Assembly (NCBI GenBank): GCA_043797265.1
Contig: JAZDPV010000018.1
Coordinates: forward strand, 1 to 64,000
Length of the DNA stretch: 64,000 nucleotides
Direction of reading: 5' to 3'
Origin: an archaeon
Lineage (GTDB): Archaea > Nanobdellota > Nanobdellia > Pacearchaeales > GW2011-AR1
A program made the translations under genes and the position numbers. The notes under the pieces were generated by a model. The model was not told the DNA's origin, searched no databases, and saw only the letters and a list, made by a program, of their open reading frames with translations. This document shows positions 45,701-56,493 of the stretch, piece after piece (the first letter of the stretch is position 1; each line of letters starts with the position of its first letter).

Positions 45701-46630
45701 ATGGAACAATTTCGAACTCCCATTCTTTATTTGGCTTTTAATCGTTTAGATGTAGTTAAAAAAACATTTCCGATAATTGTGAGACAAAGGCCAAAGAAGT
45801 TATTTGTAGCAGTTGATGGGCCTAGAACAAAAGAAGAAAAAAAGAAAACAGATGCTGTGAGAAAATATATTTTAGATAGCATAGACTGGAAATGCGAGAT
45901 GAAAACCAGATTTTTGAATAAAAATTTAGGATGCAAAAATGCAGTTTCTTTAGCAGTAGATTGGTTTTTTAAGAATGTAAAAAGGGGAATAATTTTAGAG
46001 GATGATTGTGCGCCAAGTGAAAGTTTTTTTAAATTTTCTGAAGAAATGTTGAATAGGTATGAAAAAAGTTCAAGGGTATTTAGTATAAATGGGTATAATT
46101 TTTTAAAGAAATTAGATATTAAAGAATCTTATTATTTCTCAAAATATTATGGATGTTGGGGATGGTCAACCTGGAGAGATAGATGGTTTGCTCAAGATAA
46201 AACATTAAATGATTATATAAATGATGTAAAAACTGGTAAATTTAAAAAAATATTTAAAAACCCAATTGAAAGAATTTGGGCGAAGAGTGGATTTCAAGAT
46301 GCTTTATTGGGCAGGGTTAGTGCATGGGATTATTCCTTTGGATATTGGCATTTTAAAAATAATGGGTTATGTATAAAACCAAAGATAAATCTTCTAGAAA
46401 ACATAGGATTTATGAAGGATTCAACACATACTTCAGGAAATTTTATAGATAACAAGTTTTATTGCTTTAGAAAATATGAGTTAAAATTTCCCTTAATACA
46501 TCCAAAAGAAATAAAAGTAAATTCGAGTGATTCAAGAAGGTTTTTTTTAAAAATTTTATTAAGGGTGTTTCTAAAAAAAATATTTTTTTATAGGCGACTT
46601 GGGAATTGGGTTATATTTAAAAAATTATAG
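45701..46630 (+). CDS. nucleotide-diphospho-sugar transferase (GT-A)
   Basis: FNR, DGPR, NLGC, IILEDDC, WGW.TW. Confidence 0.85.
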   Translation: MEQFRTPILYLAFNRLDVVKKTFPIIVRQRPKKLFVAVDGPRTKEEKKKTDAVRKYILDSIDWKCEMKTRFLNKNLGCKNAVSLAVDWFFKNVKRGIILEDDCAPSESFFKFSEEMLNRYEKSSRVFSINGYNFLKKLDIKESYYFSKYYGCWGWSTWRDRWFAQDKTLNDYINDVKTGKFKKIFKNPIERIWAKSGFQDALLGRVSAWDYSFGYWHFKNNGLCIKPKINLLENIGFMKDSTHTSGNFIDNKFYCFRKYELKFPLIHPKEIKVNSSDSRRFFLKILLRVFLKKIFFYRRLGNWVIFKKL

Positions 46631-46636
46631 TTTGCA

Positions 46637-47407
46637 TTATTTTTTTATCATTATGCCTATGTGATCGTTATTTGTTATAGTTCCTTTTTCGGGCTTATCT
46701 TTCAAGAAATTTGTGCATGCCTTCTCTACCCCGGGTAAAAATTTCCATTGATAATCGTGAATTGCAATCCTGGAATTTGTAACCATTTTGGGATAAACCT
46801 TATTAAAGCTATCAAGGATTGAGGTATAAAAATCACCATCAAAAAATGCAAAAGCTATTTTCTCAGGATATTCTTCATTGGGTATTTCTCCAAACCATCC
46901 CGTATGGATTTTAGGCAATTTTAATTTTGCAAGTTTGAAATTATTAATGAGAACTTCTTTTTCTTTTTTACAAGATCCCTTTTCATATTGATATTCGGTA
47001 TTACTTTTATCTTTATTATCTTTTTCTGGCAATCCCTCAAAAGAATCATAAACATGGAATTTTTTATTGGTCCTATAATAATCAAGCAATTTTTGAATAA
47101 ATAAAGAAGTTGTTCCGGCATTACAACCCAATTCGACGATATCTCCTTCGACATTGTCATCTAGTACTTTTTTTAAATTAGTTAAAATAATTCTCATATG
47201 GTTCTCTGAAACCATTCCTGAAAGAATCATTGGATAATCCAGTAGTAGTTTTTCGATAATATTTTTATTTTTTGTAATTCTAAAAATTATCCTTTTAGGG
47301 GTTTTTTCGATTTTTTTTAATTTTAAATAACCATATGTATAAGTTGCCCTAGTAATTCTAAAAATTTTTGGGTATTGTTTTAAGAATGTGATATATTTTT
47401 GATTCAT
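46637..47407 (-). CDS. TylF/MycF family O-methyltransferase
   Basis: GDIVELG, YDSFEGLP, GWF, DGDFY.S. Confidence 0.9.
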   Translation of the reverse strand: MNQKYITFLKQYPKIFRITRATYTYGYLKLKKIEKTPKRIIFRITKNKNIIEKLLLDYPMILSGMVSENHMRIILTNLKKVLDDNVEGDIVELGCNAGTTSLFIQKLLDYYRTNKKFHVYDSFEGLPEKDNKDKSNTEYQYEKGSCKKEKEVLINNFKLAKLKLPKIHTGWFGEIPNEEYPEKIAFAFFDGDFYTSILDSFNKVYPKMVTNSRIAIHDYQWKFLPGVEKACTNFLKDKPEKGTITNNDHIGIMIKK

Positions 47408-47561
47408 TATGATTTATATTCTTAGTTATTTATAAGCATATTGCTTAATTAAATATTTTTATTAAATCAATTAAGGTGATAGAAAAGTTTTATAAAAAGG
47501 GGTGATGTTGGTTCGCAATGGGGAAGCTGTTTAAAAATATAAAGAGGGGGATTGTAATTGG

Positions 47562-48497
47562 ATGAAAATTAAACAATTACAATTTATAATTAAAAATAAA
47601 GAATTGACTCTTCATGGGTTTGAAGTAGAAAATCTTTTTAGAACATTAAAATTCAATTATATCAAAGCAATTTTTAATGATAAATGGAGTTGTTTAAATA
47701 AAAATAAAATGATAAAGATTTTATTAATTGCATTTACAAGAAAGTTATTTGGAAAACGAGGAATAACCCCCGAAATGCAACGCGAAATTATGCCATATAT
47801 AGCAAATATTGTAGATAAAGATATTCTTTTTATTAAGGTGATTTTTGATAATAATAAAAATTTGGTTTTTGATACACTGGATATAAACACAATTGATATA
47901 TTGTACGATATAAATGATATTATTTATAAAAACCAATATAATATTTCGAAAGAGAATATGAAGGATAAGGTTGTAGTTGATTGTGGGGCAAACAAAGGAG
48001 TATTTAGTTTGTTTGCTGTTTTTCTCGGTGCTAAGAGGGTGTATTCTTTTGAACCAGTTAGTTTGTCTTATGCAAATATGGGAAAATCGATTAATTTAAA
48101 TAAAGCAGAAGAAAAGATTTTTACATTTAAAAAAGCATTAGGAGAAAATAAATATAAAGATATTGTTTCATTTAGATATACTGGAGATGGCGGGGGACGG
48201 ATCGACAATGAATTTCAATCTAAAAAGGATTGGAAAAATGAACCAGTAGAAGTTATAAGATTAGATGATTGTAAGTTGGGAAAAATTGATTTTATAAAAA
48301 TAGATACGGAAGGATTTGAAGCCAATGTTTTAAGGGGAGCAATGAAAAAAATAAAAAAATACAAGCCGATTCTTTCTTTTAGTGCATATCATAAACCAGA
48401 AGATAAAAAAGAATTACCTGAATTGGTAAATAGTATTAGACTAGATTATAAAATTGAATTAAATAAATTTTCTGAAGAAGTTTTTTATTGCTCGTAA
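47562..48497 (+). CDS. FkbM family methyltransferase
   Basis: VDCGANKG, FEP, IKIDTEGFE. Confidence 0.9.
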   Translation: MKIKQLQFIIKNKELTLHGFEVENLFRTLKFNYIKAIFNDKWSCLNKNKMIKILLIAFTRKLFGKRGITPEMQREIMPYIANIVDKDILFIKVIFDNNKNLVFDTLDINTIDILYDINDIIYKNQYNISKENMKDKVVVDCGANKGVFSLFAVFLGAKRVYSFEPVSLSYANMGKSINLNKAEEKIFTFKKALGENKYKDIVSFRYTGDGGGRIDNEFQSKKDWKNEPVEVIRLDDCKLGKIDFIKIDTEGFEANVLRGAMKKIKKYKPILSFSAYHKPEDKKELPELVNSIRLDYKIELNKFSEEVFYCS

Positions 48498-48520
48498 AAA
48501 TTAGTTTTGGAAAATATATA

Positions 48521-49129
48521 TTAGAGATGGTTTGTTTTGTCTAATAATTTTTCAGGGGTTTGAGTTAAAAATGATACATTCCTTTTTATTTTGTTTATAT
48601 TCCAATTCCACCATTTGAGTTTGAGTAATTTTTTGATTGTTTTTTCATCAAATCTTTTTCTGATTGTTTGACATGGGCTCCCTATTACAATTGAATAAGG
48701 TTCGACGGATTTGGCTACGACCGCCCCTGCTCCTATTATTGCTCCGTCTTTTATCTCTACTCCGGATAAAATCGTTGCATCTTGACCAATCCACACATCA
48801 TTTCCGATTGTGACATTTCCTTTGGAAAATTCTGTCTGGACATCTCCCCAATTAAGTCTTTCTTTAAATGGATAAGTGGAAATTTTATTTGTTTTATGTT
48901 CTCCTCCGAGAAATATTTTAACTCCTTCTGCAATAGAACAAAATTTTCCAATTTTGAGATTATTGGTTGAATTATATTTTAATATTCTCGGTGTCCCATA
49001 GGTGAATTCTCCAATATTATATTTGCTAAATAAGGGATCATCTTTGGTTTGTAATAGCGGGTTGAAAAATCTTTTAATTTTCGATATTAATATTATGATT
49101 TTTGTATTAATTTTTTTTATAGGTCCCAT
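48521..49129 (-). CDS. CatB-related hexapeptide O-acetyltransferase
   Basis: IGKFCSIA, IGNDVWIG, WWNW. Confidence 0.9.
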   Translation of the reverse strand: MGPIKKINTKIIILISKIKRFFNPLLQTKDDPLFSKYNIGEFTYGTPRILKYNSTNNLKIGKFCSIAEGVKIFLGGEHKTNKISTYPFKERLNWGDVQTEFSKGNVTIGNDVWIGQDATILSGVEIKDGAIIGAGAVVAKSVEPYSIVIGSPCQTIRKRFDEKTIKKLLKLKWWNWNINKIKRNVSFLTQTPEKLLDKTNHL

Positions 49130-49240
49130 ACTTTTTATTATACAGGGGGATATATAAATTTTTATATTGGAAGAGTTTATTAGATTAATTTTTTGAGTTT
49201 TTATAGTAAAATATATAAGAAAGATTATTTTCTATTGTTT

Positions 49241-50173
49241 ATGAAAAATAAAGTTTCAGTAATAATATTAAATTGGAATGGAAGCAAAGATACATTGGAG
49301 TGTTTAGATAGTTTGTTTAAATCGGATTTTTTGGATTATGAGGTAGTGTTAGTAGATAATGCTTCTTCTGATAAATCGGTTGAAGAATTTGAAAAAATAA
49401 AAAATAAGCGAGTAAGATTAATTTTTAATGAAAAAAATCTTGGATTTGCTTTAGGATTTAACAAAGCGGTCAAGAGTATTTTAAATAAAGAATCAAAATA
49501 TGTAATGATATTAAATAGTGATGTGATTGTTGATAAATTTTTTTTGGGAAGATTAGTGGGGCTAATGGATAAAAATGATGATGTTGCGATTGCGTCGCCG
49601 GTGGTTTATGATTATTATAATAAGAAAGAGTTGAGTAAAATGGATTTTCCAGGAAGATTTAATTTAAAAAATGGCGGAGGGGAGCCATGGTTTAAGGATG
49701 CTGATGAAATAAGGAAAATAAAAAATTCTTTTAAAGTTGATTATGGGTGTGGTTCCTGTTGGATAATAAGAAAAAAAATCGTGAAAGATGTTGGATTTTT
49801 TAATGAGAAATTTTTTGCTTATGCGGAAGAAATTGATATGGCAATGAGATTGAAAAAGAGTGGATATAATTTTTATATTAATCCGAATTCTAAGATTTGG
49901 CACAAAGTTGGATCAGCGTCGGGTAAAATTTTGGGGTTTAGACTTTATTACTCAATAAGGAATATGATTTGGATAGAGAGGATTCATGCGACGAGAAAAG
50001 AGTTTTTGTTTTTTGTTTTGAATTTTTGTTTTAAAAAATTTCCAAAAAATGTTTATAATATATTGACGCAAAAAAACAAGTTAGTGAATTTATTTAAATT
50101 TACAAAAGCGATAATTGATGGATTTTTTAAGAAGAAAGAGAAATTTTGTTCTAGTAAATTTTATATGATTTAA
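49241..50173 (+). CDS. glycosyltransferase family 2
   Basis: ILNWNG, VDNAS.D, NLGF..G.N, LNSD, EEID. Confidence 0.92.
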   Translation: MKNKVSVIILNWNGSKDTLECLDSLFKSDFLDYEVVLVDNASSDKSVEEFEKIKNKRVRLIFNEKNLGFALGFNKAVKSILNKESKYVMILNSDVIVDKFFLGRLVGLMDKNDDVAIASPVVYDYYNKKELSKMDFPGRFNLKNGGGEPWFKDADEIRKIKNSFKVDYGCGSCWIIRKKIVKDVGFFNEKFFAYAEEIDMAMRLKKSGYNFYINPNSKIWHKVGSASGKILGFRLYYSIRNMIWIERIHATRKEFLFFVLNFCFKKFPKNVYNILTQKNKLVNLFKFTKAIIDGFFKKKEKFCSSKFYMI

Positions 50174-50207
50174 TAAGTTTTATTAAGGATATTTTTATAT
50201 TTTCAGT

Positions 50208-51035
50208 ATGAAAAACAAGATAAAGGTTTTTAAGAAAAAGGCAGACGAGTTGTCTAATTTGGAGGATAAACAAGAGAAAAATCGTTTGTGGTGGGAGTCT
50301 TTGCCCATGACTTATCAAGACTGGGGTAGTAAGGAGAGAATTCCGAAGACGAAAGGAGATTTTTTAATAGCGGAGAAGGAGCTATTGAATAGTAAATTTT
50401 TAAGTGAGTTTGATTTTGGAAAATTTTCAGGAAAGTCAGTTTTGGAGATAGGTTGTGGGGTAGGCGCAGCGAGTTGTTTGTTCGCAAGAAATGGAGCTAA
50501 TGTGACGGCTTTAGACATAACTAAACAGGCGATGGAAATCACAAGGGCGAACGCCAAAATTCAGGGTGTAAAAATTAAGATGTTAAACCAAGATGTGGAG
50601 AAAATGACATTAGAAAATAAAGATTTTGATTTTATTTTTTCTTGGGGTGCGTTGCATCATTCGAAGAATACAATTAAGGCTTTTGAAAATGTTGCAAGGA
50701 TCCTTAAAAAAGGGGGTAGGGGTTTGATAATGGTATATAATAAAAATAGCGCAAGATATTATATCAATGGATTGAATTGGCTTTTTCTTAAGGGGAAATT
50801 GTTTAGGGGGTATAATTTGGAAACTGTTCAGGATTTTTATACTGATGGATATTATCATAGACATTTTACCCTAAGAGAATTGAGGGAAGAACTTGAGAAA
50901 TTTGGGCTTAAGTGTAATAAAATAAGTATAACTCATATGGGTTACAAAATGTTGCCGTTCGTTCCGAGGAGAATTGAGCAATGGGTAAAGGATAATTATG
51001 GTTGGTTGTTGGTTGCGGAATTTGAAAAAAGATAA
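50208..51035 (+). CDS. class I SAM-dependent methyltransferase
   Basis: VLEIGCGVG, FDFIFSWGALHH. Confidence 0.9.
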   Translation: MKNKIKVFKKKADELSNLEDKQEKNRLWWESLPMTYQDWGSKERIPKTKGDFLIAEKELLNSKFLSEFDFGKFSGKSVLEIGCGVGAASCLFARNGANVTALDITKQAMEITRANAKIQGVKIKMLNQDVEKMTLENKDFDFIFSWGALHHSKNTIKAFENVARILKKGGRGLIMVYNKNSARYYINGLNWLFLKGKLFRGYNLETVQDFYTDGYYHRHFTLRELREELEKFGLKCNKISITHMGYKMLPFVPRRIEQWVKDNYGWLLVAEFEKR

Positions 51036-51073
51036 ACATGTAATTTTAAAAACTCTATTATCCCTATTTTTTT

Positions 51074-52879
51074 ATGTGCGGAATAAATGGATTTAATTTT
51101 GTAAATAAAACAATTTTAAAAGAAATGAATGATTCTCTTTTTCATAGGGGCCCGGATGCTTCGGGAGAATTTTTAGATGTGAAGTTGAAGTTGTCTTTGG
51201 GGCAACGTCGTCTTTCTGTAATTGACATTTCAGAGAAAGGTGCTCAGCCGATGACTTATTCTCATAAAAAAAGGAGTGCGACAATAACGTTTAATGGAGA
51301 AATTTACAATTTTCAAGAGATAAAAAAGGGATTAGTTGGGAAGGGATATAAATTCAGGTCGGCTTCAGATACAGAAGTTATTCTTGCTTCATATTTAGAA
51401 TGGGGGAAGGATTGTGTTAAAAAATTTAATGGTATGTGGGCATTTTGTATATATGATTCACAAAAGAAAATTCTTTTTCTTTCAAGGGATAGGGTTGGGG
51501 AAAAACCTCTTTATTATTATTTTGATAGGGGAAAATTTATTTTTTCGTCGGAGATTAAGGGAATATTAAAACATGATATATCCCAAAAGTTGAATGAGGA
51601 TGCTATTGATTTGTATTTTTCGTTGGGTTTTATTCCTGCGCCATATTCAATTTATAAAAAGATTCAAAAATTAGAACAAAGGCAATCTTTAATTTTTGAT
51701 TTAGATAAAAAAGAAATTAAAAAAGAGTACTATTATGATTGGCCGGATTTTAATCCGATAAAGGATAAATTAAAATTGAAAAAGGATTTTAATGATTTGA
51801 TGATGAATTCTGTGAAGATGAGAATGATTTCAGATGTGCCACTGGGGGCTTTTCTTTCAGGGGGATTAGATTCGTCAACCATCGTAAATTACGCAAAAAA
51901 GTTTAATCAAAATATAAATACGTATTCAATAGGATTTGAGGGTTGTTTAGATGAGACACCGAGAATAGATATTTTGAAAAAACATTTTGGGACGAGGCAT
52001 CATCATAAATACTTTAAAGAAAGAGATTTCCGGGAAATGCTTAAGGATATTTTTTGTTATTATGATGAGCCCCTCGCTGATTATTCGATGTTTCCGACGA
52101 GAATGCTTTCGAAATTTGCAAGGGAAAGATTGACTGTTTCTTTAAGCGGTGACGGAGGGGATGAAATCTTTGGAGGATATCCGAGATACAAGATGGCTTA
52201 TCGAATGGAAATTTTGAGAAAAATACCTTATGTTATTAGAAAGATGTTGATGTGTTTGCCATTTGATAAATTAAAAGAAGGGCTAAGATTAAGTTTTCTT
52301 CCGAGAGAAACCTTTTATTCAGAAGCTAGAAAAAATTATTATAAACCAAAAATAACAAAAGATATTTTATCAAGTAAATTAAAAGGGTGCCTACGAAGAG
52401 CTAATGGGAATTTGGTGGAAGCTATTCGCCTAATGGATATAGAATTTTATACGTTACCAGATAATTTTTTGATGAAAGTAGATAGGGCATCAATGATTAA
52501 TTCCCTGGAAGTTCGTTGTCCTTTTTTGGATTATAGGTTGATTGAATATTCAATGAGATTGCCGACGAGATATAAAGTTTCTTTGTTTGGGGAAAAGACA
52601 TTTTTTAAAGAAATAATATCTGGGTTTTTGCCTAAGACAATAATAAAGAAAAAGAAAATGGGGTTTACTCCGCCGATTGGGGAATGGATGCAAAAAGATA
52701 ATTATAAAAAAAAACTGAGTGCGATGCTGGGCAATCTCTATAAAAAGAAAATTATTTCTAAGCAGTGGTTCGATTTTTATAAAAAAGAAATTTTTTCGTG
52801 TAATTTGATGGTTCCAAATAATTATAAAATAAGATTATTTTTGTTTTATAGATGGTGCAAATATTGGAAGGTTATTTGA
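51074..52879 (+). CDS. asnB: asparagine synthase (glutamine-hydrolysing) family amidotransferase
   Basis: MCGI, HRGPD, FNGEIYN, LSGGLDS, SGDGGDE. Confidence 0.95.
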   Translation: MCGINGFNFVNKTILKEMNDSLFHRGPDASGEFLDVKLKLSLGQRRLSVIDISEKGAQPMTYSHKKRSATITFNGEIYNFQEIKKGLVGKGYKFRSASDTEVILASYLEWGKDCVKKFNGMWAFCIYDSQKKILFLSRDRVGEKPLYYYFDRGKFIFSSEIKGILKHDISQKLNEDAIDLYFSLGFIPAPYSIYKKIQKLEQRQSLIFDLDKKEIKKEYYYDWPDFNPIKDKLKLKKDFNDLMMNSVKMRMISDVPLGAFLSGGLDSSTIVNYAKKFNQNINTYSIGFEGCLDETPRIDILKKHFGTRHHHKYFKERDFREMLKDIFCYYDEPLADYSMFPTRMLSKFARERLTVSLSGDGGDEIFGGYPRYKMAYRMEILRKIPYVIRKMLMCLPFDKLKEGLRLSFLPRETFYSEARKNYYKPKITKDILSSKLKGCLRRANGNLVEAIRLMDIEFYTLPDNFLMKVDRASMINSLEVRCPFLDYRLIEYSMRLPTRYKVSLFGEKTFFKEIISGFLPKTIIKKKKMGFTPPIGEWMQKDNYKKKLSAMLGNLYKKKIISKQWFDFYKKEIFSCNLMVPNNYKIRLFLFYRWCKYWKVI

Positions 52880-53963
52880 AAAATTTGAAAAATTTCTTCT
52901 CATATTTTTTTATCTCAAACTCTTTTAGAAATTTTCTTCTTCCTGTTATGCCCATTTTTTCCCAGTTTTTATGTTCTAAGATTTTTTTTACGATTTCTTC
53001 ACTGGTATTTTCATTTAATAAAAATCCCGTTCTCCCCTCATTGATGATTGAAGGAATTGCTCCTTCTTTGTTTGCAATTATTGGGACTCCAAACATATAG
53101 GCTTCAATTAATACTTTCCCGAAAGTGTCCATCCCTGTTGGAAGAACTAAGCAATTTGCTTTTTCTAAGAATTTGTTTTTTTCTTTGCCTGTTTTTTTAC
53201 CATGCGCGAATACCCCTTTTTTTAATTCATTTCTCTTTACAAAATCGGTAAAATATTCCTCATCGTTTTTATTTAGCCAACCTCCAACAAAATCACATCT
53301 AAAATTAAACTTTTTCTTATTTAAAATTTCACAAGCATCTAATAGATTCATCCATCCCTTGGTTTTATCCATATTTGACAAAAATAAAATATTAAACTGC
53401 TTATTTTTCTTTCTCTTTAAAAGAATATTTTTTAACTCATTGTTAGAAACTTCATTTTTTACAGCATTGGGTAAAACTCTTATATCTTTCCTTAGAATAA
53501 TTCCTCGAAGATCGTTAATTAATTCTTTTCCCAAAACAATAGCCTTATTCTCCCTATAGATGTCTTTTAATAGTTTCCTTCCAATAACACTTTTCCAGGT
53601 TTTTTTTAAAATTCTACTTCTAATATGGAATAAGATTTTTCCCTTCCGATGTTTCTTAATTTCACGGACAAACAACCAATCCCGGATTAATCCAAAAGAA
53701 TAAGTGGCGGGAACAAAATAGATAAAATCTGGTTTAAATTCTTTGATTATTTTTTTAATTTGTTTTTTGACATAAAATATTCCTTTAATTTTTTGCGAAT
53801 TAATTTTTCCTACATCTGCTATATCTTTGGAATAATTTAATTTAATGTTTTTAACTTGGAATTTGTCGGATTCCTTTAAAATATTTAGACACATTTTGCT
53901 GGATACTGCGCTTCCGTAATGCGGTGGAGGAAGGGGGCTTAAAAATAAAATTTTCTTTTTCAT
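52872..53963 (-). CDS. glycosyltransferase family 4
   Basis: PPPHYG, DTFGKVLIEAY.FGVP. Confidence 0.9.
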   Translation of the reverse strand: MKKKILFLSPLPPPHYGSAVSSKMCLNILKESDKFQVKNIKLNYSKDIADVGKINSQKIKGIFYVKKQIKKIIKEFKPDFIYFVPATYSFGLIRDWLFVREIKKHRKGKILFHIRSRILKKTWKSVIGRKLLKDIYRENKAIVLGKELINDLRGIILRKDIRVLPNAVKNEVSNNELKNILLKRKKNKQFNILFLSNMDKTKGWMNLLDACEILNKKKFNFRCDFVGGWLNKNDEEYFTDFVKRNELKKGVFAHGKKTGKEKNKFLEKANCLVLPTGMDTFGKVLIEAYMFGVPIIANKEGAIPSIINEGRTGFLLNENTSEEIVKKILEHKNWEKMGITGRRKFLKEFEIKKYEKKFFKFFK

Positions 53964-54013
53964 ATATTTTGATGAATAGAAATGATTTTAAATAGTATTG
54001 TGTCTTTGATTTG

Positions 54014-55270
54014 ATGATATTGTATTTTGATAATTTGATAACGAATATTCCCTTAAACCCTGGAATATACACCGACCTTGATGCGATAAGGGATTCCTGC
54101 AAATCTTATTCAACAAGAGATAGATATGATGTTACTCTGTACACTTTGGCAAGTTATGCAGAAATAGATTGGGAGGAGGTGGTGATTGTGTATGAGTTTG
54201 GAAAGGATATGGTTGAAAGAAAAAAAGAATTTGAAAAGTTTGTTAAGGCTTTTTGGCCAAAGGCTTATTTGTTTTATGGGAGAAGTGATAATCAAAAAAA
54301 ATTTCAGGAGAGGTTGAGATTTATTAATAAATTAAAGGGTGATTGGATTTTTTACGCTGGGAATAATGATCATCCTTTTGTTGCTCCAAATAAAAATCTT
54401 TTAAATTCTTGTTTAATAAAAGCAAAGTTACTAGCTAAAAAAAACAAGTATGTTTCCATTAGTTTTTCTCATTTTTGGGAGACGTACCATATGTCGAAAA
54501 AGGGTTCTGCTTATCGTGATTATATGTCTTTGCGTCCAAAAATACTGGAAGAAAATGATGACTATTTTATTTGTTTATTTTATGAAATATGGGGACATTC
54601 TATGCAAATTTTTAATAAAAAATTAATGAATTATATGTTGTTTTCTGAAGATTTGGGGGATGGTGTCTTTAAAAAAATAGAAGAAATTACATGGCACGAA
54701 AAAATGAAAAATAAAAAGATAAATCAAATTTCAGTGATACCGAAAGATGTTCTTTGCGATCACTTTGATGGTTATGGTCATACAAAAAATTCTCTTTTCC
54801 CTGTTCCAACGGATATATTTCCTCCTCTATTTATTCCTAGTGGATTTTTTGAAAATAAAATAAAAATTCGTTATGGGTATAATGATTATAAGGAGGGATG
54901 GGTTAATGTTAATCCCCTAATTAGAAAATATAAATTTCAAGATAAGAATGGGATTGATTTGAAAATTTCGATTGATGAAATCCCCCTATTCTGGGAAAAG
55001 AGAATTAAAAAGGTAGACGTTAATCCGAATTTAAATGAAAAACTTGTCAATAAAAAAAGAGGGGAGATAAAAAGAAAAATGAGAGATTCGTATGGGCCAA
55101 TTAAAAAAAGGAGTTGTAGATATCGCTTAAAGTATAAAATTATTTCTGGTAATTACTTACCTTATTGCGTAGTGGCCCTTTTGAGAAAAAATTGGTTAAT
55201 AAAAAAAGTGCGTCGAAGATTTTTTGCCAAGGTAAAAAAAGAGCTTGAAAATAATATGAAAAGTTTTTAA
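54014..55270 (+). CDS. hypothetical protein, possibly GT-A-like
   Basis: Long ORF inside the glycan locus; WIFYAGNNDH and HFDGY motifs. Confidence 0.6.
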   Translation: MILYFDNLITNIPLNPGIYTDLDAIRDSCKSYSTRDRYDVTLYTLASYAEIDWEEVVIVYEFGKDMVERKKEFEKFVKAFWPKAYLFYGRSDNQKKFQERLRFINKLKGDWIFYAGNNDHPFVAPNKNLLNSCLIKAKLLAKKNKYVSISFSHFWETYHMSKKGSAYRDYMSLRPKILEENDDYFICLFYEIWGHSMQIFNKKLMNYMLFSEDLGDGVFKKIEEITWHEKMKNKKINQISVIPKDVLCDHFDGYGHTKNSLFPVPTDIFPPLFIPSGFFENKIKIRYGYNDYKEGWVNVNPLIRKYKFQDKNGIDLKISIDEIPLFWEKRIKKVDVNPNLNEKLVNKKRGEIKRKMRDSYGPIKKRSCRYRLKYKIISGNYLPYCVVALLRKNWLIKKVRRRFFAKVKKELENNMKSF

Positions 55271-55292
55271 AAATTGTTTGATATTTATCAAA

Positions 55293-56456
55293 TTATAAAA
55301 AGATGCATTCAATATTGGGATTTATGTCTTTAATTTGTTCAGATATTTCCTGATTAAATTGCACGGCGTTTAAAAAAATTCTTAAATTATTTCTATCTTT
55401 GGTAATAATATCTTCGGGTTTTCTGCATATAAGGTTTGTTCCATAAAGTCTTTTGTTTTGTTTTGGCGGACTATTATCCAAAACTCCTTTGAAAATTTTT
55501 TCGTCGAGACCGTAGGCAAAAAGTGGGTGGGCAATGAGACTTGCTCCGAATAGCCAGTTTTCTTTATCTGGTTTTGCGAATGTTTTTACTTTATTAATTC
55601 TTTCTAAAATTCTTTGTCCGTATTGATCAATCATTTTTTTCGTGTATTCTTTCATGTCGCTTAATTCGTATGATGATGGATGATCAATTTTTTCCGCAAC
55701 AATCTGGATTGAGTAGTCAGTATAAAAAGATATTTCTTTGATATGAAATCCGTGTTTTAGATGCAATTGAATCCAATGTAAATTTGTACAAACTGATGTG
55801 TGTTCAAAATTTAATACATTCCCATATCCTTTTGAAAAATTATATTCTTGATTTGGGACAGTGGTGATTAGTAGCCCCCCATTTTTTAATGCTTTTCGTG
55901 AATTCTCAAAATATTCATTAAAATCCATGAAATGTTCTAGGGTGTGGCATGAGATAATTGTGTCAAATTTTTCTTTGAGTTCTTTTGCGGTTTTACTATT
56001 AAAGAGGCCGTTATGCACAATTACATTTTCTCGTGGACCAAAGTAAAGTGGGTCAAATACTTCAACCCCAGAACTATAATAACTTAATAATCGTTGAGTA
56101 ATTTTCCCTTGCCCGGCACCGATTTCTAAAATTCTTCCACTTTTGTGATGTTTTTTTATTAATTCAAAAAGTGAATTATATTGCGCTTCCCAAAACTTTC
56201 CTATTCCATCAGCATGAAAAATTTCATATAAAACTTCTGGGTCGATGATATCTTTTAGCGTTATGAGCCCACAGTCTTCGCAAATGCAAATGTTTATTGG
56301 GGCGAATTTGTCGTCTTCTCTTGGGGTGTCGATGCAAATCGGCAGAATTGGCATTTTTATATTTACGTGTGGTGGGATGCTTTCTGAGAGATTAGGAGAA
56401 GAACAAGCTGGGCATTTTGTTCTTTGGCTGATGTGTTTTGAAATTTCTTTTTCCAT
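55293..56456 (-). CDS. SAM methyltransferase with N-terminal Zn site (sugar C-methyltransferase-like)
   Basis: CPAC..C..CG, LEIGAG.G, HTLEH, FEH, FGAS, DNSP.KQ. Confidence 0.8.
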   Translation of the reverse strand: MEKEISKHISQRTKCPACSSPNLSESIPPHVNIKMPILPICIDTPREDDKFAPINICICEDCGLITLKDIIDPEVLYEIFHADGIGKFWEAQYNSLFELIKKHHKSGRILEIGAGQGKITQRLLSYYSSGVEVFDPLYFGPRENVIVHNGLFNSKTAKELKEKFDTIISCHTLEHFMDFNEYFENSRKALKNGGLLITTVPNQEYNFSKGYGNVLNFEHTSVCTNLHWIQLHLKHGFHIKEISFYTDYSIQIVAEKIDHPSSYELSDMKEYTKKMIDQYGQRILERINKVKTFAKPDKENWLFGASLIAHPLFAYGLDEKIFKGVLDNSPPKQNKRLYGTNLICRKPEDIITKDRNNLRIFLNAVQFNQEISEQIKDINPNIECIFL

Positions 56457-56493
56457 TTTTTTATATAATAAAATATTATTATAAATTTATGCT